64,000 bases of DNA from Parasitella parasitica NRRL 2501 (GCA_025201805.1 MU619394.1:1-64000), one strand, 5' to 3'. Positions 26,871 through 40,307 are shown, numbered from the stretch's first letter. Translations and numbers: made by a program. Notes: generated by a model from the sequence alone, not told the origin.

Positions 26871-28964
26871 ATGAGTTTTCACGTTAATTTCACTACTCAT
26901 GGGGCAAAGTTAAAGGATGCGTATGAAGCTGTTGTTAGCCAGACTAACGATACCAACTGGCTAATTTATGCCTATGATAAAGGAACTTATGACCTTCGTG
27001 TACAACAGACTGGTGGTAAGTTATAGAAATACATTACAGCTAAATGTATGACAGCTGTGTCGAATCTCTGACATTATCTTTAGATGGTGGGCTTGAAGAA
27101 CTAAACGACGAGTTCTCGGATGGAAAGGTTCAGTTTGCCTACACAAAGGTGATTGATCCAAATACTGAGCTTCCTAAATTTGTGTTTATCGGATGGGTAT
27201 TATTGAATTACGGTAACTTTTCTTGATTATGCCAAGCTAATGTGTTCTCTTAGTGTGGTAGCGGCGTACCAGAATCAAGAAAGGCTTTCTTCAACTCTCA
27301 GCTTGGTGAAGTTTCCAAATTTTTCAAAGTAAGTAGCTTTACAAAGTATGAATGACATTTAGTCTAAATATTACGTAGAGCTTCCATGTTCAAATTAATG
27401 CTCGTGATGAAGTAAGGAAGCAGAAGGAGCTGTATGCACAATACCGACATTTCGTTTTTCTTACTAGGCCGATGTCGATCCAGAACTTATCATGAAGCGT
27501 GTTGCCGAGTCTTCAGGCGCTAACTACAGTGTTCATAAGGAAAGCGCAAAACCTCAATCTAGAGTGACACCTGTTGTAAATGAAGAACAATCCCAGCTCT
27601 ATTACTTTTTTACTCACATTTAGATGTAGGGCTCTGTATACAAAAAGACCGAGATCCCCAACATTGCTGCCATGCAACGTGAATCCATGACCAAAGAAAA
27701 TGCACCAAAACCTGTGGGCACCAACTACATGCCTGTTCAAACTGCACCAAAAAAACTAGAGCAGCGCTGGAATGCTGCTCAAAACCAAGATTCTGGTGCT
27801 AGTGCTGTACGTGCAGAACGCGAGAGATTTGAAAAGGAAGTTCGTGATCGTGAAATTCAAAAAGCTAGACAAGTACAGCCACAGCGTCAACAAGAGGATG
27901 ACGATGACAGATTACGAGCTGAAGCTGAAGCTGCTGCAAAACGTGAAAGAGAGGATGCTGACAGAAGAAGAATGGAACAAGAGGCCGAGCATAGACGTAT
28001 TCGTGAACAAGAAGGTGAAATGGCTCGTCAAAGAGAAGAAGAGGATCGTCAGCGACGCCAACAAGAGGAAGAATATCATCGCCGCCAAGCAGAGCAAGAG
28101 GAGAGTGCTAAACGTGCGCAACAGCAGCAGAAAGAGCAAGAAGAAAGACGTAGACAAGAGCAAGAGCAAGAACAAGAACAAGAGAGACGGCGTTTCGAGG
28201 CTGAAAAGGCAGAGAACGAACGCCGTGAAGCTGCTGAACATCAGCGTCAACAGCAGCAAGAGGCCGAACGTCAGCGTCAACAGCAAGAAGAGGAAGAGCG
28301 TCAAAGACAAGAAGCAGAAGCTCTTCAATCCCAGTTGAATAACGTAAGAGCATCGAGCTTAAACAAGACAAACATGGGTTTAACATACTGATAGACTGCT
28401 GAGCGTGCTGTCCATGCATCGCAAACAGCAGCAGCAGCGGCTGTTGCTTCTTCTGGCCTTCAACAAGGTATATCTGCTGTTGTCCTATTTGAATATGATG
28501 CGAGTAAGTACAATATTGCGTTACATGAGATGTTTTGATACTAAAATCCTGAAGGCGAGACAAACGAAATGTCTCTTTTGGAAGGAGAGGTTATTACCCA
28601 AATTGACCAAGTGGATGAAGGTTGGTGGTTTGGTGTAAGTGAAGATGGCCAAAAGCAAGGCCTCTTCCCTGCCAATTATGTTCAAATTGTGGAGCAAGAG
28701 GAACCTGCGACAGCAGAAATTCCTGCTCCACCACCGCCACCACCAGTACCTGTTCATCCTGAAGAACCTCAACAACAAAGCCAAGGGGGCGTTGCTGTTG
28801 CACTCTACGATTATGCAGCAGAGGAGGATAATGAAATCTCCTTTGCTGAAGGCGATACTATTACAAGCATTGAGTTTGTTAGCGAAGACTGGTGGCAAGG
28901 CTTATCTGCTGATGGTAAAAGTAATGGCTTATTCCCTGCTAATTACGTCGAATTGAAGCAATAA
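26871..28964 (+). CDS. Abp1/drebrin-like actin-binding protein (ADF-H, charged coiled coil, two SH3 domains)
   Basis: WLIYAYD...GGLEELNDEFSDGKVQFAY...KFVFIGWCG ADF-H domain; E/R/Q-rich helix; two SH3 domains ending GLFPANYV. Confidence 0.92.
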
Positions 28965-29413
28965 AAAGCTTTTTGAGATGATTATTTTTTCTCGCTTTGG
29001 CTAATGGAGTAAAATCCAATTCTCGCATATGGCACTCTACATTCATGGAATGATTTTTTTTTTTTATAATAACAAATCACAAAGTTTGGAGATTCAGTAC
29101 TAGGTGTGCGCCATAATCCTGATAGGATAACTCGTTGATGGGTGTCTTTTATTATCTGATTGTATTGCAGAAGAGAAAGAGGATAAATAGCATATGTAGT
29201 GGTTTCTGAAATCAGGTACGCCATATCCACACATGTACAATCACTGTGGGAAATAAGCAAATATCACGTACCGGCACACAGCTGGGGAACTTCATATGCA
29301 AATAGATATGTAATCCCAATTCATTTACTTTTGGCTTTATCCACTTGTTTGGCTTTTTCCATTAAAAAGAAGCTTCTACATTTTATTTTCTTCTTTTCAG
29401 TATATTATACAAT

Positions 29414-30641
29414 ATGCCCAAAGGATTCACAGTTGACGTATCAAAGGCTGCTGGCCACGTTTATCCTGCAGAAACTGTACGTTTCCGTATTCTAACATGA
29501 AAGGAAGAACTATGCGACTAAACATATATTCAGGTAGCATGCACACGTCGCGATTTCTTGCTGTACGCTTTATCTGTTGGTGTACCTGAAGATGATCTTC
29601 AATGGCTTTATGAACTCGGTAAAGCTTTACATTTTTGCATATATTTTTTTTTCTTGAAATAAAAAAAAACGGCTGTTGATTAACCTTGTTTTAACAGATA
29701 TCGATTTTGGACCGCTTCCTACATATCCTCTTTGCCTTTTGCTAAAGGGAGATGACTGGGATGTCAATTCATTTATGGAAAGATGGACTTCGGGCGGTCC
29801 TTTACCTGGCGTACCAAGCTATGATTTCAATAAAATAGTCCACGGAGAACAATCTTTCGAAGCATTGCGTCCTTTCCCTGCCGAAGGTGGTCGTTTCAAG
29901 TCTGTCAAGTCCTGCGTTGGTGTGTACGACAAGGGATCCGGCATGGTGATCGATTCAGTTGTTGACTTGTATGGCGAGGAAGATGGTGTGCATTATTGCC
30001 GTATGGGCACAAAGATGTTTGTTAGAGGATATGGCGGCTGGAACGTAAATGCGACAACTGTGTACAATGCAGTACGTTTATTTTTGACTAATTCTTGGTA
30101 AATCATACTTAGGGCCCTAAAGGTCCCAAGTCAATCACTTATAACCCTCCTCAACGTAAGCCTGATGTAATTGATACGTTCAAAACAGCACCGAATCAGG
30201 CACTTTTATATCGCTTATCTGGGTATGTGTATTATTAAATATAATCAAGATCAATCCCTCACTAAAAAGCCCACACACACACACACACACATCGCATACA
30301 GTGATTTCAATCCATTGCATGCAGATGTTAATTTAGCGCCTAAAGTCGGCTTCTCTAAACCCATCTTGCATGGTCTCTGCTCTTATGGTAAATGTGGACA
30401 TGCTGTTGTCAAGCATTTTGGGGACAACGATCGCACTCGCTTCAAGTCCATTGAAGCAAGATTTGCACAGCCCGTCTTTCCAGGCGAGACGGTCGAGGTT
30501 TTGATGTGGAAAACAGCTACAAGCAATCCCAAGCTAGACGCTGTCACCTTTCAAGCTCGTGTCAAGGAGAGAAATGCTTTAGTTTTGACTAACGGATATG
30601 CTACTCTTTACAAAAAAGATGCAAACACTGCCAGATTGTAA
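29414..30641 (+). CDS. MaoC-type (R)-specific enoyl-CoA hydratase 2 (peroxisomal)
   Basis: RRDFLLYALSVG, IVHGEQ, YRLSGDFNPLHAD, PILHGLCSYG, RFAQPVFPGET; C-terminal ARL fits a PTS1 signal. Confidence 0.92.
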
Positions 30642-30717
30642 TTCGCTTTTTCTAAAATGCCATGTATTTTATTTGAAAAAAAAAAAAAGGGTCTATACAA
30701 CGTACAATATAGTAAAG

Positions 30718-33700
30718 TTACTGGTGTCCTTTGAAACTGGCTTCTGCAATGCTCAAAAGTTCAGAGTATTCCCCACTTCTTTCGCACATTTGCTGGAAAA
30801 TGCTGCCATCTCTTGTCATGAGTTCATAAGGCGTGCCAAATTCTTTCACTTGGCCTTGATCCAAGACCAGAATACGATCATAATCGGCCACAGTGCGGAT
30901 GCGATGAGCAATGCAAAGTAAGGTGGAATCAGTAAACTCTTTTCTAATTGTTTCTTGGATCTGTTGATCAGTATCAAAGTCAACAGAGGAGGTAGCTTCG
31001 TCTAAAACGATCAATGAGGTCTTCTTGACAAGCGCTCTCGCCAATGCAATGAGTTGTCGTTGCCCCTGTGACCAGTTACTACCAGAGCTAGTGACTACAG
31101 AGTCTAATGTAATGATTCTTTCTGTATTGACTAACGATGACGAAGGTGATGGACTAGCAGATTGATTATGATGGCCTTGCTGTTGGTGCTGTTGGCCGTC
31201 AATGAGATGTGATCGTTTCAGCGCAGCCCACAGAACAGCGTCATCATACTGGCCAAATGGGTCCAAGTTGCTTCGCAGTGTGCCAGAAAAAAGCACAGGG
31301 TCTTGGGGGATGATGGTTAATCGTGACCTTAGATCATTCAGACCAATTGTATGAATGTCAACGCCATCGATGCAGATTTGACCAGACGTTGGTTCCATAA
31401 AACGGAACAGAGACATGGCCAGGGTTGATTTTCCAGAGCCCGTGCGTCCAACAATTCCAATCTTCTCTCTGGGTCTAGTTTCAAAGGAGATATCGCAAAG
31501 AACGGCTGGTGTGTCAGGAGCATATTTCATGACTAGATTTTTGACTTGAACAGTGCCTAATTCAGGCCATGAAATCCTAGGCGAAGTTTCGGGAATATAG
31601 GCAGGAGGCTCTTCTTCAATATCAAGATATTCATGGATACGTTCAATGGCATTCATATTCATCTCGTTGAAAGCATACATACGCACAACCCAAAGCACAT
31701 GTTGAGTAAATGTGAGTGAATAACTAAGAGAAAGGCCAGCTAAACCAGGATTAACCCAGTCTCTGGAGCTTACAAGCACAGCACCTGTACAAAAACTGAC
31801 AAAGGCGCCCAAAACGTCGACACGGCAATGAAGCCAGCGGTTGGTAGCCCACATCCATAGGAACGGCCGGTTGTTGGCATCGATACGTTTGTAGTTTTCT
31901 TCAGTGAACCGACGTTGACAGCCGAAGGCTCGAATAGTTGCAACACCCAGCACTGTTTCGTTGAACTGCACATAGATTGGACTACGCGATACAGCATTAA
32001 GACGCTTCATATCTCGAGAAGTCTTTAGATAATAAATGCCTACAGATCTAAACATCATTGCAACAAAAAAGCCAGGAACAATGAATGCAGGAGTAATGAC
32101 AGACACCAATACAATGACATAGATAGTTGCAATAACCGAGTACAAAAGAAAAGAAAGGGATGGCGCAACTGCTTGATCCACTGTCTCTAAATCAGAGGAG
32201 AATCTGTTTACAATACGGCCTAGTGGTGTTACATCGAAGAAACGAACTTTGGCACGAAGAATGCGGTCGAGCAATTCAGAATGGATTTTACGAGAAGCTT
32301 TGAGAGAGCCGAGGAAAAGAACAAGAGATCTTGTAGTAGTAAGACCAAGGGATAGCATGCCAATCAGAAAGTAGACACCGAGATAATATGCTACATTTAC
32401 TGCACTGCCATCTTTTATCTCTTGAGCAAAGGCCTTGACGGATTGAGGGGCCACATAGTGGAGCTTGTTGGCTAATTCTAGCTGACCCACACTGCCAGCA
32501 TGTCCTATGTACGAAAATGCTGTAAAAATGCTCTTCTCGCTTCCACTGTACGCCGCTGCACTTTGAGATGTCACTGTGCCATTGGAAATATTGTCGTACG
32601 CTGCAGACCAAACTTTGATCCAGTAATCCTGTCCCAGTACGGATGCCTGGGCACAGCAAAACAGCACTACAACGCAAGCCCAAAAAATGAACCCACCAGA
32701 AGCATAATAGTAGGTGCCATACACGGCCCATTTAACGCTTCCTTCTGCACGAGTCTCTTCTTTTACCAACTTTCCAGCACCATTAAGAGCAGATGCATCA
32801 TTTTGTGAGCTAATCTTTCTAGGGACAATAGGGATGGGACCATCAGTAGCAGCTTCTTCATTAGCATCAATCTGCTCCATGTAGCTTTCTTGTGAGAACT
32901 CGTTGCCCAAGGCACCCGATTTAACAACATCTAATGGCTTGCCTGCAGCTGCTACAGACCCGGATTCTTCGAGGGCAACTATGTAACCAGCACCGCGGAT
33001 ACAAAGACCAACATGGTGCGTGACTAAAATGACGGTGCGGTAACGCATATATTCGCCCATCAAGCAATGTTCATACAGATGTTTGGCAGTATGCGCATCA
33101 ACTGCGCTAAGACAATCATCTAGAATCACAATGTCTGCTTGAGAATACACTGCTCTTGCAATAGCGACTCTACAAACATGTTATTAGAAACAGTACGTGC
33201 GCACCCTCAACTAAAAACGAGTACTACATACCTTTGCTTTTGCCCACCACTTAAAGTAACGCCCTTTTCTCCAACTTCTGTCGAATCTCCAAACTCCAAA
33301 ATCTCGAGGTCTCTTGTCAAAGCCGTCATGTACAGAATATTATCATATTTTTCCTTGTCATAAGGTAGACCAAACAAGATGTTGTCTCTGATGCTACAGT
33401 TTTGAAGCCATGCTGTCTGTGCTACATACGCGATACCAGAAACAGCACCACCGACAGCAAAAGGTACAGACGCAGACGTGGCGTCTTTTCTCGGCAATAT
33501 AGCAGCGCCTGACAGACAATAGGTCTCGCCCAGCAGACTAAGCAAAAGAGTAGTCTTACCTGAGCCAGTAGGGCCACATACAATAGACATTTGGTTCAAG
33601 GGGAATGACAAATTGAGGTTCTTGATTTGGGGAGTTGATGGCTCCCCACTCTTTGATGAGCTCCAACTGAAGCTAGCATTGTCGACGAAACCAATACGGG

Positions 33701-35859
33701 TGCTTGATGTTGTATTAGGGGCAGGTAGCTTGACCTCCTCCTCCTTCAAGAAGGCTTGGATACGGCTTAAAGACACATTTGCTTGCAAAAGAAAAGAAGT
33801 AATGATAGGAAGTTCATCCAATGTAGTTTTGAAATTGTTGAACAGCGCAAGAGCAGTGAATGCAGTAGATGCAGTCAAGATGTAGACTCGAGTATAAGCG
33901 TAAAAGACAGCAACCATGATCAAGACAGGGATGATAAACCAGACGTTACCGATCCACATGTAGCTCATTAAACGGGCACGAATGACCTTGAGTTCAGTAT
34001 CTCTTGCTTCCATGATGCGAGCACGGAATTGCTTCTCCCAAGCGAAAAACTTGACGATGCGGATAGCAGACAGCAGCTCATTGACGAGACTGATGCGTTT
34101 GTCCGTGCATTTCATTGCAGCATGTTGCATTCTTTGAAAATGCCTGCTCAGCGCAAACGTTACAGGTTGAGACAGACAAATAATTAAAACGCCCCAAAGA
34201 GAGGCACTGCCCAACAGTTTGTACAGACTCCAGATACAAATGGTGATTTGGATGGGAAAACAGTAAATGTAGAAGATATAAGCCATTAGATCACCTAATT
34301 TCTGAGCGTCCACCGATAGTAAATTGTTGACATTGGCTTTTGGTTTATCCAGTGCAACACTGTTTGCCTTGCTGCTGTTACCTTCTTCGTCTCGGCGTCT
34401 CAATGATTTGCTGTAGACTTCACCGATAACAATAGACTGGATCTGAATACCAAGAGATCTGCCAATGTACAGAGCTTGCTGGTAACACAACGAGTGGCCA
34501 CAAGATGTCAAAAACAAGCAGGAGACATAGATAAAGGCCGACGACACAGTTTCATCTTGTTTACCATGCTCAATAAACTTGATTATCTTGTTTAAAAAGT
34601 AGGGAGGACCAAACATAAGCACAGACCATGCAAGGCAGTAAAAGAATTGAATGGTTAATGGTCTTTTGAACGTGGAAAAAAATTTCAACAGCATTGTAGC
34701 TTTCTTTTGAAGTCGGTAACGTTTCAACGTGTTTTTAGCTCTTTTCTCGGGAGTCACTTCAAACAAATCGTTGTCGTTCAATGTTTTGCGGTTGCCCTTT
34801 TCCATCATCGGGTTCACCCAAGAGAACATGAACCGCGAATAAAATGAAGCCCAATTTTCACCAGACATGACACGCCCCTATTTTTGGTTTTTAGATTGCA
34901 TGGATTACAATGAGTAAAAGATACCAGGACTTACCGTATCTGTAATTATAGGGCTTGCAGGAGCACAGCGGCTTTCATTTGAAACAGCCACTAATAGCAC
35001 CAATGTGATGGTCCCATACATTACTTCATGTTGATATCGTTGGCTCATCTCCAAAATATCATGCACCTGATAATATGCCGTGATATTCACTAATTGAACT
35101 ATAAAATCTAGTATATAAAGGTAGTTTAAATGCGTGCAGATGCTGTTAGAAAGTGATTTTCCGCCGATTGAAAGTGATAGACAGATATTGAGTAGAGCAA
35201 GAACAGCAGCATATGTCTATGGTATATGACTATTAATCAAACATAAAGCTACGCATAGTATCAGGAACCAAATTTACCCAGAATATAATGCGTGCATAAT
35301 ACATGTGCAGCAAATCAGTATATCTCCCTTCAACAACTACATCCATATTTGATTTATCTAATGATAGAGCCATATAAACAAGACATCCTAATTGCAGGCC
35401 TGACAAAAACAACCGCGTCCAGTTGTACGCTGACCATGGCTCACTCAACAATAGCTCAACAGATACAACCGTACTTGAGGTACTAACATCATCATTGCTT
35501 TCTTCGTTGTTGGATGTAGATGATGTGGACGCCGCTCCATAGATTGCATTTGTTTTTTGATTGATTGGCTTATACAGTGCTGTGTTTTCATTTCTACGAG
35601 CTTTAGTGGTTTCAAAGACCAACATAATGCAAGATACCACCACTAGAGCACTTGGCAGTATCGTATTGAGATATCTACGCACAAAATTTAAAACACTACC
35701 CAATTCTCTCTTCTTTTATACATATGTACCTTTCTCTAATACATGGTGTCAAAAAAAGACCGCCCTATATGGTTAGCAATAAAAAAATTCACATGATCAA
35801 TTTCACTTCAACTCCAACACCTTGACTCAAGCCCTTACCCAAAAGTCGCAATCCTCCAT
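30718..35859 (-). CDS. ABCC/MRP-type ABC transporter (Ybt1/Bpt1-like)
   Basis: NBD1 GPTGSGKT and LSGGQKQR; NBD2 GRTGSGKS, WSQGQRQL and LDEATSSVD; two TM domains plus N-terminal TM extension. Inferred first exon MEDCDFW at 35859. Confidence 0.95.
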
Positions 35860-36039
35860 TTTGGTTGTAAACTAAAACAAGAAAAGACAAGGCTATTGTA
35901 TATACAATGCGCCAAGATTCTAAAGAGATTTATGTAAGAAAGAAAGGAGGTACAAGTTGCTTTGAAAGGACCCAATTTATGAAACTTTTCGCAAAAAGGG
36001 AGTTTGTTCCAAATGTAGATTTTATTGCTTGTCATGAAT

Positions 36040-36184
36040 ATCGGGTTAATGTTTTCACCCCAGATTTTTTACTTGCTACTTAAAGAAAAACTTGAGTAAA
36101 AAGAAAATAATGGTTAGGATATTGACTTAAGTTTAGAATGTATATATACTTACATCTGTAAGGAGTATGAGAGAGTTATATCAA
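36040..36184 (-). ncRNA. Putative Fanzor omegaRNA scaffold region containing a 63-nt intron (36091-36153)
   Basis: Directly 3' of the Fanzor stop. GTAAGT...CTAAC...polypyrimidine...CAAG intron; spliced product forms a CAGATTTTTT/AAAAAATCTG stem; GGGT...ACCC hairpin follows. Boundaries are inferred. Confidence 0.5.
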
Positions 36185-37734
36185 TCATACGGGCGAGGTG
36201 TGTCGCTTAAATATGTCTGGACGCTCGTTATTATTGAATACAGCGAAGAGAAAGATGTCCAATATGTTATTTGCGGCCATTATGTCGCGATTCCATACCG
36301 TATTACAAGTGTTTTGCTGACACTGCAATACGGCATGTACTCTTCGCACTGACTTGGCCGTTGTAACATTTTCCAAATTGCGTTCTTTACAGATGTTGCA
36401 AACTTGGCTTGTTAGGTACTCGTCTATCAAGCATATATCTAACGTCTCCCCACAGCGCTTCCTCAATGATTCCTTGATACGTCTTACTGGTGCTGATTTA
36501 TTCCCTCGAAGACTCCCATCATTGAACATCGCATTTCCTAGGGTGAGAATTGTTTTACGAGGTTTGATATAATGATCAATCGGTGTAGGTGGAATATAAC
36601 TAGTTTTTTGTTTCTTTTCTGTCATTCTTGACTTTTCACCGTATTTAGCGCTTCCATATGTAAGTCGTCGGCAGATTTCTTCTATGCATTTTTGTTTTTT
36701 TATGTCACATTTGAACTTAAGCTTGGAAGAACTAGAGTCGAACGTATTAGTAAAAGGTAAATAAATTTAATGTTGAGCGCTTACCGATCATCGCTGTCAT
36801 AATATTTTTTGATATCATCGTATAGATCAAATCGTTCTTTACATGCTTTTACAAAATCTTCTAAGTTAGTTGTCTTGAATGAGCTTAAAGTGGAAATTTT
36901 CTGATATTCGTTCATGTACTGTTTCTTATGCTGCTCTCTTTGTGTGCTAGCAACATTAAAGCCACAAAGGTGGTAGTACTCTTTTAAGCTTGTTGTTCTT
37001 TCTCTTCCTAATTGGTCGACAGCTGTTGTAATATCACGAATTCCCGGATCGATAGCAAAAATCTGGCAGCCAAGTTGAATATCATTAATAAAGTCTGAGG
37101 GTTGCTTTTCAACATAGCCTTCGTTTTTCTTCTTTACAGCACGAATAAAATGGAAAAAAAACTGAATAGCCATCTGTGGTAATCACATTACTAATACAAG
37201 GACAGTGCTATTTCTCAACAAAATCAAAGAAGCTTACTTGAAACGTTTTTTGCCCGTCGACAGACTTTCTCTTGTTCGAAATCCAAGCTTAGAAAAACGG
37301 AAAAGATTATGATGGGCATCTGTTAGCTCGGTTTCTGTCTTTTTGCCTGACCGATATCATGGTACGTCGGATTGTTTAACCAACCTCCACAGTGCTTGGG
37401 CTTCTATTTGTATTGCTTTGCTCTGTACAGTATAAACAGGAGCGATTGTGAAAAAGCGATAACCTCTAGGATCAGTATATTTGGCCGGGAAAAATGTTCC
37501 ATCGTCAATCCGTGCTTTGACGGTATCTATAAAGTGCTGGATAATTGAAATCTGCTGTGCAGTGAGTAAGGATAATTTTCTCCCTGATACAAAAGTCTCA
37601 TTCGAGTTAATCGACTGCAGAACTTGCTCTTGTAAAGATGGGAATTGCTTTCTGCTCAAAGTTTGAATGAATTGAATTTCTTGAAGTTTTCGATATACAT
37701 AGCCTTTACTAGCAACTTTTGACGGTGAAAAAAT
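36185..37734 (-). pseudogene. Fanzor (eukaryotic TnpB-like RuvC nuclease), 5'-truncated and disrupted, with 2 coding introns
   Basis: RuvC-I FAIDPGIRD, RuvC-II IDEYLTSQ followed by zinc finger CNIC...CQQNTC, RuvC-III WNRDIMAANNI; upstream TDGYSV and FFTIAP blocks. Introns 37191-37237 and 36732-36784. In-frame TGA at 37357-37359; +1 frameshift in the A8 run 37154-37161. Confidence 0.9.
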
Positions 37735-39827
37735 TCAATTTCAAGTGAATGATAAAGGTCATGGTGATTTTGATGACATGTATTAGGGTTTTTGATAACA
37801 AACCTTTTATTTCTGATAAAAGCTGAGAAGTTTCTGAGAGAAGAGAAATGTCTCTCGAAGAATATTTCAAGTAGTATTTCTATTTTAGATTAAAAATGCC
37901 CAAGAATAGGGAACGTCTTGAAATAATATGCGAGATTGCGACGCCCTAATTATTTTATTTTTGATCAAACAGCCATTGTGCAAGAACGATAGGTATTTTT
38001 AAATGAATGACTATTTGGGTTTTTTAATAACCATTTTTCAATACAATGAAAAGACTTTAGCGACACTGACGACATGAACTTCAGATACCTGTAACTGAAC
38101 AATCACAAACGGATCACAATACAGAATTGTTTGAATTTCATAATTGATAAATTAATTCAGATATATCTGTTATTGGACATCTAAATAAGCCTAAATATTC
38201 AGACAAGTCATTGGTTTTTAAAATAAAAAATGGTTAAACCACAAAACCTTCAAAGTATCAAACAGTATATATTAATGCATGTACTCCTCAAATTATGCAT
38301 TTACACAATGGAAAATCATAACAGATTCTGCAAACGACAATCTCTATTTTTTTAACTTCATACCTATTATCATTTTGTGTTACATCTGTTACGTTAGGTC
38401 AGCATATTGAATATCAAAGAAAGAATATACTGTCAGGACTAGTTATAACAAAAATGTGTTTGGTATAGCGAATTATCCCTTAATGAAAATTTGATACTTA
38501 AAAGTACAGTGCCTGGGACCTGGAATCTACAAGAAGCTTATTATGAAGCTTAACTTTTGATAGTAAAACTACCTCGAACTCAATCTTAACTTCTATTTTA
38601 CTTTCTATTTTACATGTTTAGCATTATAATCACAAAAAAGGGAACTCTTGAACTGGCACCAAGCATTATTATAAGCAACAATGGTAATAGAGCTTCTCTG
38701 CCACTAGTAATTTATAAATTTTGAATTATTCACATACAACAAGGGGTAACTACAGCAAAGTATTCATTAATTATCCTCTTCCGCTTCCAACTCGATGGGT
38801 CACACCTGTTTTATCATATTACTATGAAGAAAAGTATACTTGCGGTATCAAAAATACCCACTTTATAGAGCTATGTCAAATACTAGAATTAATATTAACG
38901 TAATATCCTCTCCAGACACATGTTTTTTACTGCTTAAAAACAAGAACTTTAGTTTTGTGTGTCATTTTTTGATTGATTTTGATAATCAAAAGTGTCCTGA
39001 AAACACCAGAAATAGTATCTATTGGGAAAAAACTATATTATATATGATTTTGGTGCAATTTGAGCATGATTTTTTTTTCGATGCAAAATCATGAATTTTT
39101 TCGATTTTTTCCTTGTATCCACACATCAAAAATCATCAATTATGCATTATCCTCGATTTTGACCTCAAAAATGCAACTTTTGACTATGACATATATTGGA
39201 GGAAAAGGATCGTAAAAGACCATTCCATGATCTGAAAGACTGGCAATGCGTTTTGATTAAGCAAAATATTGACTTTTTCCTCTTAATCTGTTTTTGATGT
39301 TTTTTGGCAGAAATCCTTCTATAAGCATACGGGAATCATGAAATGGTACCATTGTGTAGAGCGCCCAAAAATACAGCTATTATCATAGACTGACAGCCGT
39401 GGTATGTATAGTATCAGAGGATGATATCTTGCCTTAAAGAAGTAATTTTGTTTTCTGATTGTACAAATGGAGTTTCTGAAAGAACTTTTCTTTTCTGATT
39501 TTGGATGCGTTTAATCTCCGCCATCAAACAAAATTGGTGTAATTTTTAAAGAAAGCGTTAGCTTTGAGAAGCCACAGCTTATCCAATTTAAGAGAGAAAC
39601 AATTGAAGCCTAGTTTATTTAAATTGTGTACTTCGTGGCTTTCTAATGGTAGCACTCGCATGTCTGTACCTGGCCAGACGATCTCACGCTCCGACTTTGA
39701 AAAATACTTTTCCAAAAAAGTCGTTCCTTTCATCTGATGTCAACTTGAAAAGTACAAAAACTTGCTCTAGGCTATGCAAAAGTTTGATCAAAAGGTGCCT
39801 TATAGTCTAATGCATTACTTTGAATTA

Positions 39828-40307
39828 CAGTAGCCGCTCGATTTAAGGCTGTTCGATATAAGGCTATTCACGATATAAGGCTAAAATTTTTGTGAATTTT
39901 TTTTTTAAGCAGGGAGTTAGCCTTATTAGCCTTATTCGATATAAGGCTGAAAAATTTCGAAATTTTAGCCTTATTTTACAGTAAATTGACGGTATTTAAA
40001 TTTGTGTTGTGTTGGAAACTGAGCATTATGCTACAGATTTCGTACTTTTGCTCGATAGTGAGACGCTCTCTTGATTGTTGATTAATGCTCATAGTATAAT
40101 TGTTTGTCAAAATATGCTTTTTTAAGAATAAAGAAGTAAATGGATTTGACTGGACATGTGTCAAATTAATCTAATAGCTGTAGTACCGTATCAACTATGC
40201 CGGTGACTGTTTTAAGAGTAATAGTCACATGCACGATATAAGGCTATGTTCGATATAAGGCTAAAAAAAGCTTGCAAAAAAAGTAGCCTTAAATCGAGCG
40301 GCTACTG
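39828..40307 (-). mobile_element. Non-autonomous pogo/Tigger-like (Tc1-mariner superfamily) element, 480 bp
   Basis: Perfect 23-bp TIRs cagtagccgctcgatttaaggct (39828-39850; inverse 40285-40307), TA on both sides, five internal cgatataaggct motifs, and remnant MSINQQSRERLTIEQKYEIC (CENP-B/psq HTH start). Confidence 0.92.

Noticed and set aside
37721-37740. ggtgaaaaaattca at the point where the Fanzor frame breaks resembles the inverse of the 36046-36059 end motif (12/14 match)
   Set aside because: The match is short and AT-rich and does not extend to the flanks; not enough to call it a TIR.
38960-39335. MITE-like AT-rich segment ending ...tataagcatacggga
   Set aside because: No partner inverted repeat was found in the window.
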